A stretch of DNA of 64,000 nt from Deltaproteobacteria bacterium (GCA_046583355.1 JAYGCM010000073.1:26097-90096), one strand, 5' to 3'. Positions 50,723 to 63,577 are shown, numbered from the stretch's first letter. A program made the numbers and translations. Notes: generated by a model from the sequence alone, not told the origin.

Positions 50723-51019
50723 GTGGGCCGATTTCTGCAAACGATGCGAGACTCCTGGGTCGCCCTGGCCATGACGGTGGTCACGGTGGCCCTTCTCGGT
50801 TCGGCCTTCACCGGCGAGCGCGGCTTCGGCCAGGCCCAGACCTTGGAGTCCGAACTCGACGGCATCAACCAGGCCAGCTTCCTTGAGGTCCAGGAAATCG
50901 ACGAAATACGGGACGAATTGACCCGAATCGACACCGACGACCGCACCTTGGAGCATATCGCTCGGCGCCGCCTCCACCTCGTCCACAAGGGCGATACGCT
51001 CTACCGTCTAGCCCAGTAG
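50723..51019 (+). CDS. Septum formation initiator FtsB/DivIC-like
   Basis: One TM, GERG, coiled coil and LEHIARRRLHLVHKGDTLY. Confidence 0.75.
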   Translation: MGRFLQTMRDSWVALAMTVVTVALLGSAFTGERGFGQAQTLESELDGINQASFLEVQEIDEIRDELTRIDTDDRTLEHIARRRLHLVHKGDTLYRLAQ

Positions 51020-51169
51020 CCGCTACACGGCTCCGGCCGGGAACAGAAGCGACCGAGAATCGGTTCAGCTCGTCCGTTTGACGGGAGCAGGGGAATCTTG
51101 AGAGGGTCGTTCCTTGGCCGCCGCCGGGGAAGCTGGATCTTCCCCCTCGCGTGCGATGGCATAATAGGA

Positions 51170-51197
51170 GACGGGGCGCCCCGAAAGGCGCCCCGTC
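51170..51197 (-). terminator. Terminator-like hairpin downstream of nrdJ
   Basis: GACGGGGCGCC-N6-GGCGCCCCGTC between convergent ftsB-like and nrdJ. Confidence 0.7.
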
Positions 51198-51351
51198 CTA
51201 CCACGATCCGGTCCACATCCACCCCACACCCCCCGGGAACCCCGCACCACAACAACCACCACAGCCACTTTGGTTCCCGATATCGCGAACGGACCCGGAT
51301 CCGCCCGTCCGCAAAGACAACCCGCCCCTGGCGGGATCTTTCTTTATCTCT

Positions 51352-54120
<2,769 letters not shown>

Positions 54121-54269
54121 TGGCTTCTCTCCCTCGTCATCGCGCCTTGCCGCCACACCCGGCCGGCCTCGTGCACTTCGCACTTCTGGTTTCTGATCTA
54201 TTTTCGGGGTATTACCGGCCTTCAGCCGTCTTTCGGGAGCAATCCCGGAAGGCTGCCTTTCCCGGCAAA

Positions 54270-54317
54270 GCCCCGGATCTTGTGTGGGCCGCGCTTCTGC
54301 CATACTACATATGGTAT
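54270..54317. promoter_or_regulatory. Tandem NrdR boxes
   Basis: ATACTACATATGGTAT (54302-54317) and GCCCCGGATCTTGTGT (54270-54285), 32 bp apart, resembling acaCwAtATaTwGtgt; adjacent TTGACA on the minus strand (54323-54318). Confidence 0.75.
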
Positions 54318-54383
54318 TGTCAACGAAACGGCACGAGTTCTGATGCGATTTTCAAGAAAAAGTTTTCGCCCGGAGTTTTTTGC

Positions 54384-54860
54384 ATGATTGACCGAGTAAG
54401 CGAGCTGCTCGGCAGAGCCTTGGCAGACCTGGGCCTGGGCCGAATGACCGACATCCGGCGGCTCATGGACAGCTGGCCGGAAATTGTCGGCGAACGCATC
54501 GCCGCGCAGGCAACTCCGCTCGCCCTGAAGGGTCCGGAGCTACTCATCGCCGTACCGGACTCCGTCTGGCGCCAGGAACTTTCGCTTATGCAGCGCGAAA
54601 TCGTCGCCATGGTCAACGAGGCTCTCGGCAACCAGGCCGTCCGCAAACTCCGGCTGGTCGGCTACGGCACGATCGAGGCCGAGACCTCACCTTTCGCGCG
54701 CAGCACGCGCCGCCTGCGCCCGCCGCGCGAGGTGCCGGCGGAGTTCGAAGAAGAGGAGGGCGAGGCGCCCGAGGCCCCCGCCCTGCCCGGCGCCATCGCC
54801 GAGGCCTTCGACGCGCTGGCCCGCGCGCGCCGCCGCCGACTCGAGCGCGACCGAAACTGA
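54384..54860 (+). CDS. DUF721/DciA family protein (replicative helicase operator-like)
   Basis: WPEIVGERIA..P..LLIAVPDSVWRQELS pattern. Confidence 0.8.
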   Translation: MIDRVSELLGRALADLGLGRMTDIRRLMDSWPEIVGERIAAQATPLALKGPELLIAVPDSVWRQELSLMQREIVAMVNEALGNQAVRKLRLVGYGTIEAETSPFARSTRRLRPPREVPAEFEEEEGEAPEAPALPGAIAEAFDALARARRRRLERDRN

Positions 54861-54959
54861 CGGCGCAGCCGGAGGGAAAAGCCCCTGCGGATTCGACGCT
54901 TTCGGCGAGCGCGGCAGAATCATGGTGAGATATCGTGGCCACCGTGTAAGCTCGCCCGC

Positions 54960-56351
54960 ATGTCGGATTCACTCCTACGGCGCCGGGAGCGCCGCTCGCG
55001 CCGCCGCTCCCTTTACCTCGCACTTCTGACGCTTACGCTCGGCGCCAGCGGCTGGCTCTTCTGGATGGGAACCAGCAGCCCCCGTGCCGAGCTGCGGGGC
55101 GTCCCCGAGGTACTTGGCCGCGAGGGACACGTCAGCCTGCGGCTCGAAGCCCCACGCGCCGGCCTGCGCAGCTGGCAGGCCTACGTTCGCGATGCCGCCG
55201 GCAAGCGCATCGTCATCGCCGAGGAGAACCTCCCGGGCGGCGGCCTCTTCGCCCCGGGCATACAGCACCATAATGTAGAGCTCACGATAGACCCCGCGGC
55301 CCTGGGCCTGGCAGAAGGTCCGGCCGAGATCATCATCCAGGCAACCGGCCACGCACCGCTCTCGCGCCTGAGCTCCGCACTCGTGGCCGCCAGCGCGGGT
55401 TTCCGGATCGACCGCACACCACCCCGGCTGCGCCTGATCGGCGATGGCTGGCGCGTGCGCCAAGGCGGCACCGGGCTGATCCTCTACGAGGTCGACGCCG
55501 ATGCCACCTCCTCCGGCGTGCAGGTGGGCGAGACGATCTTCCCCGGCGAAGCCGGCGGCTTCCCCAGAGACGAGCAGCACGCAGCACTCTATACCGTGCC
55601 CTGGAATGCCAGCGACGAGCATACCCCGCGGCTTTTCGCCCAGGATGCCGCCGGCAACCGCAGCGTGCTCGGCGTCCCCGCCACGATCCGTCCGCGCACG
55701 CCGCGGGCCGAGAAGATCCGGGTCTCCGACAGCTTCATCGAGCGCAAGATCCACCCGCTGCTGGAGAGCCAGGGAATTGAAATCCCCTCCTCCCGCGCCG
55801 AAGCCTACCTGGCCGTGAACCGCGATATGCGCGCGGCAAGCGAGGTCGAGCTACGCGGGCATGTGGGCCAAAGCGCCCCGATGCTTCTCGTCGAGGCGGG
55901 CCTGCGGCAGCAGCCCGGCACCCAAGTAGGTTCACGCTTCGCCGAGCATCGAACTTATATGTACGAGGGCCGCGCCATCGACGAGCAAACCCACCTCGGC
56001 TACGACCTCGCCTCGGTACGCCGCGCTCCGGTCGAGGCCTCCGGCGCCGGCCGCGTGCAATGGGTCGGCGACCTCGGCATCTACGGCAAGGTCGTCCTGA
56101 TCGACCACGGCCTCGGCCTCGCCACCCTCTACGCCCACCTCAGCACCATCAGCGTCGCCAGCGGCGACGTGGTCGCACGCGGCACCGTTATCGGCCGCAC
56201 CGGCGAGACCGGCCTGGCCGGCGGCGACCATCTGCATTTCAGCGTCACGATTCGCGGCCACCATGTCGACCCCATCGAGTGGTGGGATGCGCGATGGGTC
56301 GAACGCGAGATCCACGGCCCGCTGCGCGCCGCAACAGGGATCTCCCCATAG
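54960..56351 (+). CDS. M23 family metallopeptidase, membrane anchored
   Basis: HLGYDLA, YGKVVLIDHG..LYAHLS and GDHLHF. Confidence 0.93.
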   Translation: MSDSLLRRRERRSRRRSLYLALLTLTLGASGWLFWMGTSSPRAELRGVPEVLGREGHVSLRLEAPRAGLRSWQAYVRDAAGKRIVIAEENLPGGGLFAPGIQHHNVELTIDPAALGLAEGPAEIIIQATGHAPLSRLSSALVAASAGFRIDRTPPRLRLIGDGWRVRQGGTGLILYEVDADATSSGVQVGETIFPGEAGGFPRDEQHAALYTVPWNASDEHTPRLFAQDAAGNRSVLGVPATIRPRTPRAEKIRVSDSFIERKIHPLLESQGIEIPSSRAEAYLAVNRDMRAASEVELRGHVGQSAPMLLVEAGLRQQPGTQVGSRFAEHRTYMYEGRAIDEQTHLGYDLASVRRAPVEASGAGRVQWVGDLGIYGKVVLIDHGLGLATLYAHLSTISVASGDVVARGTVIGRTGETGLAGGDHLHFSVTIRGHHVDPIEWWDARWVEREIHGPLRAATGISP

Positions 56352-56405
56352 GCTCTCCGCCAAGGGCCGCCAAGCTTGCGCTTGGCGCGCCCGCCGCACC
56401 AGGCC

Positions 56406-58259
56406 CTACTCTGCGGCCGGAGCGCCGGGTTCGGGGAGGGCCAGATATTGGCGTAACTGGTGGCGCCGCGCCTCGGTGGCGACCACCTCGTAGAGCGCCA
56501 CGCCGCGGGGTGCGCGCCGCGGGTCGGCATAGATCTCCAGGGCCCGCTGCGGCGGCAACAAGAGTACGCGCTCGATGCGCGCGATATTGGGCATGGAATC
56601 CGGCGCGATTCGCGCCCGGGCATCGACCAGGCGAAAGACGCGACGGCCGCTTGCCAGCGCCACGACAATCGCATCCTCCGCCGTCTTGTCGAAAAGCGAA
56701 AACTCCGCCGGATAGAAGGCCTCGACCCCCGAATAGACACGCAGATTCTCCGCCGGCCGGCCCAGAGAGGGCGAAGCCAGCACCAGCGAGCCCGGGGGAA
56801 TATACTGCGCCACCAGAGCCTGTGCCTGGTGCGCCTGCGGTGCGCGGAAGGAACCCCAACTCGGCGTACCGGAGAAAAGCCGCAGCAGCGCCAAAATGGC
56901 CAGCGCAAGCGCCGGCGCCACCATCGTCACCGCACCCTGGTTGCGCAGCAGATGCGCCACCGATGCCACGCATGCACTTCCCGCCACCACCACGACAAAG
57001 GTCCCGCCGGGTGCCCAGGCTACAGTCCCTTGCCCGGCCGCCATCTGCCACGCCACCAGCAGAGCCGCGACCAGCAGCGCCAACCATCGACTATGCCGCC
57101 AGGCCCGATCGCTTTGCAGCGCGCGCGAAGCAGTAACAACGCCGACGCTGGTGAGTCCGATCAGACAAAGACTCGCACCGGCCAGATAGCGCGCATCGGG
57201 ATGGGTCCAGCAACTATAGAAGACCACCGCGGCCAGCGGATACGGCAGCAGCGCCGCCGCGACCAGCGGCCGCCGGCGCAGCGACCACACCATACCGGCG
57301 CCGGTGAAGAGCAGCAGGCTGCCAAAGGCGCGACCGAGCACAATCAGGTTGCCGGGCAAGGTGGTGCGCAGGTTCGCCAGGCGAAAGCCGCCGCCCGAGG
57401 GTACGGCCACGCTACCGGCTGGCGCCGCATGCGCGCTGGGCGGCTGAAGCCAGCCGAGCAAATCGCGGAACTCGCCGCCCTGCGTGAAAGAGAGCGGATG
57501 TCCGAGGGTCACGAAATTGTAAGCGAGCAGCGGCGAAGCACCCACGCCGAGCGCAACCACCCAGAAAAGGATCCGGGATAGGGGTGGGCGTGATACCAGA
57601 ACAATGGCCGCCACCGGCAGCCCATAGAGGATCGCATCCGGGCGCACGACGAGCGCAAAGCCGATCGTCAGGCCGGAGAGAATAGGCCGATTGCGCACCG
57701 CGAAGACCAACCCGAGCAGGCCGAGGAAATGCGCCGGCAGATCGCGCGCCACGGTGATCCCCCAGAGGTGAACGCCGGTCGGCACCAGCAGCACGAGCCA
57801 CATCGCCAGCACTGCTGTCCCCGCGGCCAGCGCGCGGTCCTGCCCGCGCAAAAGCGTATAGAGCAACCCTGCAAGGACGAGCAGCGTCGCCAGGTAGAGC
57901 AACGGGTTCAGCCAATGCTCGCCTCTCTCCCCCGCCACGGCACCGGCCACCGCCAGCATCGCGGGAAAGCCCGGCGGGTAGCGGGAATAAAGCTTATCCT
58001 GCTGGAGAAAATAGGTTTGCTGAAAAGCGTCGTAGCGCTTCCAATCGGCGCGCCCCACGACGGTATCCGTAAAGATAGCGGTATCGTGAAAGACCGTGCC
58101 GGTCTGCATATCGCGCGCGATGGTCAGAAACGCAGCCTGATCGCTCGCCAGGTACCAGTTATTATGGCGGACCAGCCCGTAGCCCGAGACCAGCAACGCC
58201 AGCAGGCCGAGCCCGAGGGCCAGCCAGCGTGCCAGGCGGCTTTGCATTCGTCGCTGCAT
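56406..58259 (-). CDS. Polytopic membrane glycosyltransferase (GT-C-like)
   Basis: N-terminal TM then SD acidic loop, YPPGFP, VRP, YN and DARY motifs; many TM segments. Confidence 0.65.
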   Translation of the reverse strand: MQRRMQSRLARWLALGLGLLALLVSGYGLVRHNNWYLASDQAAFLTIARDMQTGTVFHDTAIFTDTVVGRADWKRYDAFQQTYFLQQDKLYSRYPPGFPAMLAVAGAVAGERGEHWLNPLLYLATLLVLAGLLYTLLRGQDRALAAGTAVLAMWLVLLVPTGVHLWGITVARDLPAHFLGLLGLVFAVRNRPILSGLTIGFALVVRPDAILYGLPVAAIVLVSRPPLSRILFWVVALGVGASPLLAYNFVTLGHPLSFTQGGEFRDLLGWLQPPSAHAAPAGSVAVPSGGGFRLANLRTTLPGNLIVLGRAFGSLLLFTGAGMVWSLRRRPLVAAALLPYPLAAVVFYSCWTHPDARYLAGASLCLIGLTSVGVVTASRALQSDRAWRHSRWLALLVAALLVAWQMAAGQGTVAWAPGGTFVVVVAGSACVASVAHLLRNQGAVTMVAPALALAILALLRLFSGTPSWGSFRAPQAHQAQALVAQYIPPGSLVLASPSLGRPAENLRVYSGVEAFYPAEFSLFDKTAEDAIVVALASGRRVFRLVDARARIAPDSMPNIARIERVLLLPPQRALEIYADPRRAPRGVALYEVVATEARRHQLRQYLALPEPGAPAAE

Positions 58260-58296
58260 CGGATCCCCGGTCCTGGGCGCTCGCCGCAGGCGCCGC

Positions 58297-59079
58297 CTAA
58301 TTCCCTTTGAAAACGGGTTTGCGACGCTCGCGGAACGACGCGATGCCCTCCTGGGCATCCTCGGAACCAATCACCAGAGCCTGGAAGGTTGCCTCGTCGT
58401 CGAGGCTGGTCTCGAGGTCGGCCTCGGTGCCGCGGTTGAGCAGCCGCTTCGACATTCCCAAGGCGAAGGTCGGACCGACAGCAAGCTTCTCGGCCCATTC
58501 GCGGGTCGCAGCCTCCAGTTCATCAGCCGGCACGACGCGGTTCACGACGCCCAGGTCACGTGCCTCTTCGGCGGTGAGTTGACCACCGAAGAAGACCAGT
58601 TCCTTTGCCTTGGCCAAGGGCATGATGCGCGGCAAAATAAACCCACCCATCGCGTCCAGGGCGATGCCGCGGCGGGCAAAGACCTCGATGAAACGAGCGC
58701 CTTCGGCCGCGATGATCAGATCGCTGACGAACGCGATATGCGCGCCCATGCCGGCCGCCGTGCCGTTGACCGCACAGATCACGGGTTTTTCGATCTCCCA
58801 GATCGCGCGCAGCAATTTCTGCGAGCCGGTGCGCATGGTGAAGCGGGTGCGCCCGATCCAGGGCGTCGGCGGTGCGCCGCCCGAGAGGTCGGCTCCGGTG
58901 CAGAAGCCCTTGCCCTTGCCGGTGATCACCAGCGCCCGCACCTCCAGGTCATCGCGCGCGGCCTGAATCTGGTCGACGATCGCGTCGCGCATATCCGAGG
59001 TCATCGCCCCCATCTGCTCGGGGCGGTTCAGCGTGATCCACAAAACCCCGTTCTCATTCTTGAACTCGACATCTGCCAT
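58297..59079 (-). CDS. Enoyl-CoA hydratase/isomerase family protein
   Basis: LNRPE, FCTGADL, VNGTAAG and EGIASFRERRKPVFKG. Confidence 0.94.
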   Translation of the reverse strand: MADVEFKNENGVLWITLNRPEQMGAMTSDMRDAIVDQIQAARDDLEVRALVITGKGKGFCTGADLSGGAPPTPWIGRTRFTMRTGSQKLLRAIWEIEKPVICAVNGTAAGMGAHIAFVSDLIIAAEGARFIEVFARRGIALDAMGGFILPRIMPLAKAKELVFFGGQLTAEEARDLGVVNRVVPADELEAATREWAEKLAVGPTFALGMSKRLLNRGTEADLETSLDDEATFQALVIGSEDAQEGIASFRERRKPVFKGN

Positions 59080-59163
59080 GCCTCTCTCGTAGAGGATGAG
59101 GGTGGCCCGCGTAAAGGCCGGGTCGCAAACCCGCCAGGATTCCGGGCCGCGCGCAGACGCCGA

Positions 59164-60519
59164 TCAGTCGCCGAGTTCTTGCACCCGTACGCAGGTTTCG
59201 CTGCCTTCGCCAGCGATTATGTAGCCGACAAAAGCAGCCTCGCCGGTGGCAGCCAGGGCGATTACGCTCGCAGGATCCAGCAGCGCAACGGTCGTCGGAG
59301 TTGGCGTGCCGATCGAGTCGGCCGGAAACTCGACCGACTTCAGGCGACGGATACCGCCGCTATCCTCGGTCCAGACGACAAGGAAACGGCCATCGCGCGC
59401 GGCGATACGCGGTTGCCCGAGAATGCCGTCGCCAGCGACCACGACACCGCCTTCCGGGTCGAGCCGCCCATCTGCGTAGGTGAAGCGCAGCAGCCGCAGC
59501 TCGGTCGGGTCATTGCCGCCGCTGGCGGGAGCTGAGGTCCAGGCGGCAAGGAAGGTTTGGTCGGCGGCGGCAAGCGCCGGTGAGTAGGATAGCGCGGATT
59601 CCACGGTGCTGAGCACAAAGGGTTCCTGGTTCGCCGCTTCGATCCAGCCGCCAGCCAGCGAGGTCGTGGTCACGCTGCCGCCCGGGCCATAGTCCTGCAC
59701 AAAATAGATACCGGCGGATTCCGCGCTGCCAGTGGCAAGAGCAGCGGCACCACGGCTGCCGCTCACGGGCGCCGGGCCAGGGCCAGTCGGTGCGCCCGGA
59801 ATTCCTACGATCCACTCGATCATATAGCCGGTGTCGCCGGCGCAGATCGCGCCCCAACTCAGGGCTGTGTGGACGTCATTCCCGGCCACGCTGGTGGCGA
59901 GTCCCACGTCTCCCGTCAGCACGCTGCGACACGCACCGATTGGGAAGTGCGAGGCGAGCGTTTCGGCGGCGGCGGTGATGAGGCCGGTGGTCGGCACGGC
60001 GAGACCTTCGACCCTCTGTTCCCAGGCACCGTTGTCGAACGAATGACTGCCGATCGACGCGAGGTAGAAGGCGTCGTCCCTGATCGCGGCTCCGCCGATT
60101 GTGAAGCTCGGGTTCTGCTCGCCCCCGGTGCCCTGAATCGTCAGTGGTTGGAGATCGAGCGCGCGTCCCTCCGCATCGAAGCGCACGGCTTCGACCGCGC
60201 TCGGGTTCGCGCCTGCCGCCCTCGCAAAGACGGCGATGAAGGTGCCGTCGATTCCTGCGAGGGCGATGCCATCGATGCCCTCCGCACAGCCCAGATCGCC
60301 CGGTTCCCGGGCCGGTGTCGGTTCCGGTGCGGCAGTCGGTGCCGGTGCGGCAGTCGGTGCCGGTGCCGGTGTCGCAGTCGGTGACAATCCGTCAGGTGGT
60401 CCAAGGCCGCCGCCGCCCCCGGAACTGCCTCCGCATGCGGATGCAGCCATGACGAGAAGCGCGCCTGCCACGAGAGGAAAAAGGACGAGGTCCGAGACCA
60501 AGCCGGATCTTTTATGCAT
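59164..60519 (-). CDS. Hypothetical lipoprotein with Pro/Ala/Thr linker
   Basis: Lipobox-like AASA-CGGSSGGG, PTAAPA repeats and FLVVW-type repeat segments. Confidence 0.65.
   Translation of the reverse strand: MHKRSGLVSDLVLFPLVAGALLVMAASACGGSSGGGGGLGPPDGLSPTATPAPAPTAAPAPTAAPEPTPAREPGDLGCAEGIDGIALAGIDGTFIAVFARAAGANPSAVEAVRFDAEGRALDLQPLTIQGTGGEQNPSFTIGGAAIRDDAFYLASIGSHSFDNGAWEQRVEGLAVPTTGLITAAAETLASHFPIGACRSVLTGDVGLATSVAGNDVHTALSWGAICAGDTGYMIEWIVGIPGAPTGPGPAPVSGSRGAAALATGSAESAGIYFVQDYGPGGSVTTTSLAGGWIEAANQEPFVLSTVESALSYSPALAAADQTFLAAWTSAPASGGNDPTELRLLRFTYADGRLDPEGGVVVAGDGILGQPRIAARDGRFLVVWTEDSGGIRRLKSVEFPADSIGTPTPTTVALLDPASVIALAATGEAAFVGYIIAGEGSETCVRVQELGD
60311..60382. repeat. Coding 18-bp tandem repeat (PTAAPA linker)
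   Basis: CCGGTGCGGCAGTCGGTG units with degenerate flanking copies. Confidence 0.75.
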
Positions 60520-60689
60520 TCACATAAATCGCGCCTTTGACGGTGGCTTGTCAAACGCAAACGTTCGACGGCTCACACTCCCCCAGGCGGCACTTCGCTC
60601 CGGTCCGATCCGCAACCGGATTGCGCTCCGCCGAGCAGACTCCTACTTTAGAGGTCCGGCCGAAAAGCCGGACCTCCAGGAAAGCAAAG

Positions 60690-62105
60690 GTGGGCGAATA
60701 CGGCATCAATCCCGCGCGCGTCGTCGCGCTACTCGAAGGCCCGCGCTTCGCGCGCTGGCGCGACGCCGGACTCTGGTCGCATGAGACACTCAGCACACGC
60801 TTCCTCGCCACCGTAAAGCGTCAGCCGGATGCGACCATGCTGGTCGATGACGCATTGCATCTGAGCTTCATTACGGTCGCGCAGCGTAGCCGTGCTCTCG
60901 CCGAAGGCTTGGCTGCGCGCGGCATCGGTCGCGGCGACGCAATCGCTTACCAACTGCCCCATTGGTGGGAAGCCACAATCGTTTTCCTCGCGGCACAGCA
61001 ACTCGGCGCGCATAGCGTTCCTATCCTCCCGATTCTGCGTGCGCGGGAATTCTCGCTGGTTCTGCGCGAGACGGCCCCCAAGGTGGTCTTCGCGCGTGGC
61101 GATGCGCAAAGCCTCGATCTCGCCGTCGAAGCCGCGGCCCTCGGCCACCCCGAGCTGCCTCTGCTCGTGGCCGTCCGGCCCGACACCATGCTTATGGCGC
61201 ATATAAGGGCGCGACAGACGGGGCCGGAACTCCTCGGCTTCGAAGACCTACTGAGCACAAAGAGCCGGGGCGCGAAGCCAGCAGTCTGCGCGGTACAGCC
61301 CGAGGACCTCGCCGCAATGATCTATACCGCGGGCGCCACGACCGCGCCCAAGGGCATGCTGCATATCCAGCAGACTTTGCTCGCCGCGATCGACAGCCTG
61401 CGGGCAGCACACGACCTCGGTCCGCGAGATACCGTGCTCATGCCCTCCCCCCTGAGCGCACTCGCGGGAGTCCTACACGGCATTCTCGCGCCCGCCCTGC
61501 TCGGCACCAGCGCCGTTCTCCGGCCCCGCTGGGATCCCGGTGCGGCATTGGCGGCAATCGAGAAACACTCCGTCACCTATATGGTCGGAGAACCCATGTT
61601 TCTCCGCAAAATGCTGCAATATCCGACCTTCGCCGAACATGGCCTCGCCAGCCTGCGCCTCTTCTGCTGCGACCGTGCGCCGATACCGCCCGAGCTTCTC
61701 GCCGAGGCCCGCAAGCGCCTGCCCGGATTGGTGGTCCAGCGCAGCTACGGCTCCTCGGAGTTCCCCACCATTTCCACCACCGACGCCGGGGACACCCACG
61801 GCCGCGGACTCAACTCCGCAGGCAAGGCCCTGCACGGTGTGGAGATCCGCATCGTCACGGCCACTGGCGCGCAGGTAGCCGCAGGCGAGGAAGGCGAGGT
61901 TCGGGCCCGCGGTCCCGCATGCTTCCTCGGCTACGCCAACTCTGCACTGGACCGAGATGTTTTCGACTCGGACGATTTCCTCTGCACCGGCGACCTCGGC
62001 GTGCTCGACGCCACCGGCTACCTGCGCATCACCGGGCGGCTGCAGGATATCATCGTGCGCAAAGGCGCCAAGCGCGAACTGGTCCGACGCTTCGGGAAAA
62101 GCTAG
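60690..62105 (+). pseudogene. Acyl-CoA ligase (AMP-binding; cyclohexanecarboxylate-CoA ligase-like), degenerate and lacking the C-terminal subdomain
   Basis: YQLPHWWE, YGSSE and TGDLG..ITGRLQDIIVRKG, then only 13 residues to the stop; P-loop altered to YTAGATTAPKG. Confidence 0.6.
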
Positions 62106-62114
62106 AGGCGTACA

Positions 62115-62588
62115 ATGTCCTTCCGCGACATTCCGAAGTCCGAGATCGGGCGCCAATACGATGACTTCACGCATGCTCCGGTCACCGCCGCGGCGCTCAT
62201 CCGCTACGCGAAGACCCTGGCCGTCGAAGATCCGAATTATATTGACGAAGAAGCCGCCGCGAGCGGAAGGCACGGTGGTCTGATCGCGTTTCCGACCTAT
62301 ATCGTGAAGTTGCGCGGCGAGCACCATCTCCCGCCCGTAGTCGTCGAAGAAATGGACAGGAATACCTTCGACGGCGGCAAAGATATCGAGCTAGGCGCGC
62401 CACTGCGGCCCGGCGACGTGATCACCACCACCTCGCGCATCACCGAGCTCTTCGAGAAGACGGGCCGCAGCGGCTCGATGTTCTTCGTCAAATTCCGCAA
62501 CGAATTGGTGAACCAACGCGGCGAAATGGTCGGGCTCGTCGACTGTCGCAGCCTGCAGAAGCTGCCTCTGCCCGAAGGGCAGGCTTGA
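62115..62588 (+). CDS. MaoC-like dehydratase N-terminal (hotdog fold) protein
   Basis: YA..DPNYIDEEAA..LIAFPTY and KTGRSGSMFFV..NQRGE. Confidence 0.88.
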   Translation: MSFRDIPKSEIGRQYDDFTHAPVTAAALIRYAKTLAVEDPNYIDEEAAASGRHGGLIAFPTYIVKLRGEHHLPPVVVEEMDRNTFDGGKDIELGAPLRPGDVITTTSRITELFEKTGRSGSMFFVKFRNELVNQRGEMVGLVDCRSLQKLPLPEGQA

Positions 62589-62589
62589 G

Positions 62590-62988
62590 ATGATCTTCGA
62601 CGATCTTCTGGAAGGAGACGAGCTGCCCACCAGCGCAGTCGATCTCGCCGCAGAATTTGTCCGTGACCACGCCGCCGACCTAGGCATGGCGTCCGGCCGC
62701 TTCAGCAACGACAAAGCCGCGCGCGCCGAGGGCCTGCCGGGCCAGATCCTTCCCGGCGTCATGTCGATGGGCCTGCTTGCCCGCATGCTCCTCAAACACG
62801 CCCCCCATGCCCGCGTCACCCGCCTCGGCACCACCTTCCGCGGCCTCGTCCTGGCCGGACAAAAGGTCCAGCTGCACGCCATGATCACGGAAAAAGACCA
62901 AGCCGCCCAGACCTGCGAAATCGACCTCTGGCTCGAAACCGAAGCCGGCGACCGCAACGTCGTCGGTACTGCCACGCTGTCCTTTTAG
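62590..62988 (+). CDS. MaoC family dehydratase (hotdog fold)
   Basis: AARAEGLPGQILPGVMSMG and F.GLVLAG; paired with the upstream hotdog gene. Confidence 0.82.
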   Translation: MIFDDLLEGDELPTSAVDLAAEFVRDHAADLGMASGRFSNDKAARAEGLPGQILPGVMSMGLLARMLLKHAPHARVTRLGTTFRGLVLAGQKVQLHAMITEKDQAAQTCEIDLWLETEAGDRNVVGTATLSF

Positions 62989-63216
62989 AAGACCCGCCGG
63001 AGAGCAGGGCTTGGCACCGAGCGCGTCGGTTCTGCCCACGGGCAAGGCTGACGACCGAAGAGTGCCGTAAATTGTCGATCGCGACGTCGAAACTCGCCGA
63101 GATGGCACTCCGTCTGAACCAGCGCCCGCGGCCGGTGCCAGGGCGTTTTGGGCAATTATCCTCCTGCATAAGCAGAAAAAGCTTTCAGAAGATCTGTTTT
63201 CACTTGACGTACTGAC

Positions 63217-63227
63217 GGGGGGGGGGG
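63217..63227. repeat. G11 homopolymer tract
   Basis: Eleven consecutive G in an intergenic region, just downstream of TTGACG. Confidence 0.9.
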
Positions 63228-63577
63228 TGATAGGAGACTCTCAACTACATATTGACAAGGTACGAACCGGAAATTCGGGGAGGCGACCACATCGACGCAA
63301 ATCCTACCGCCGTATGTCGTTTCACTCCGAATCATGCAATTTTGCCGGCAACTGACCGCCCTCGTCAGAAGCCACCGCACGCCGGAACTTTCCGGGGCGC
63401 GCCTTGCGCGACTGAGGCCTCCACCGGAGGCCTTGAGGGAGAGATTCTATGGTACTACTACGAATTCTGATCGGAATAATCACTGCGGGCGCCGTAGCCT
63501 GTGGTTCCAGCGATTCGACAGATGGGAGCGCGACCTGGTCCGACGCTTCACGAGAGCCTGGAGGTCCCGCCGAAAAG

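Noticed and set aside
62990..63200. REP/BIME palindromes expected beside the RAYT
   Set aside because: Only short GGCAC/GTGCC matches were seen, with no convincing repeated palindrome in this window.
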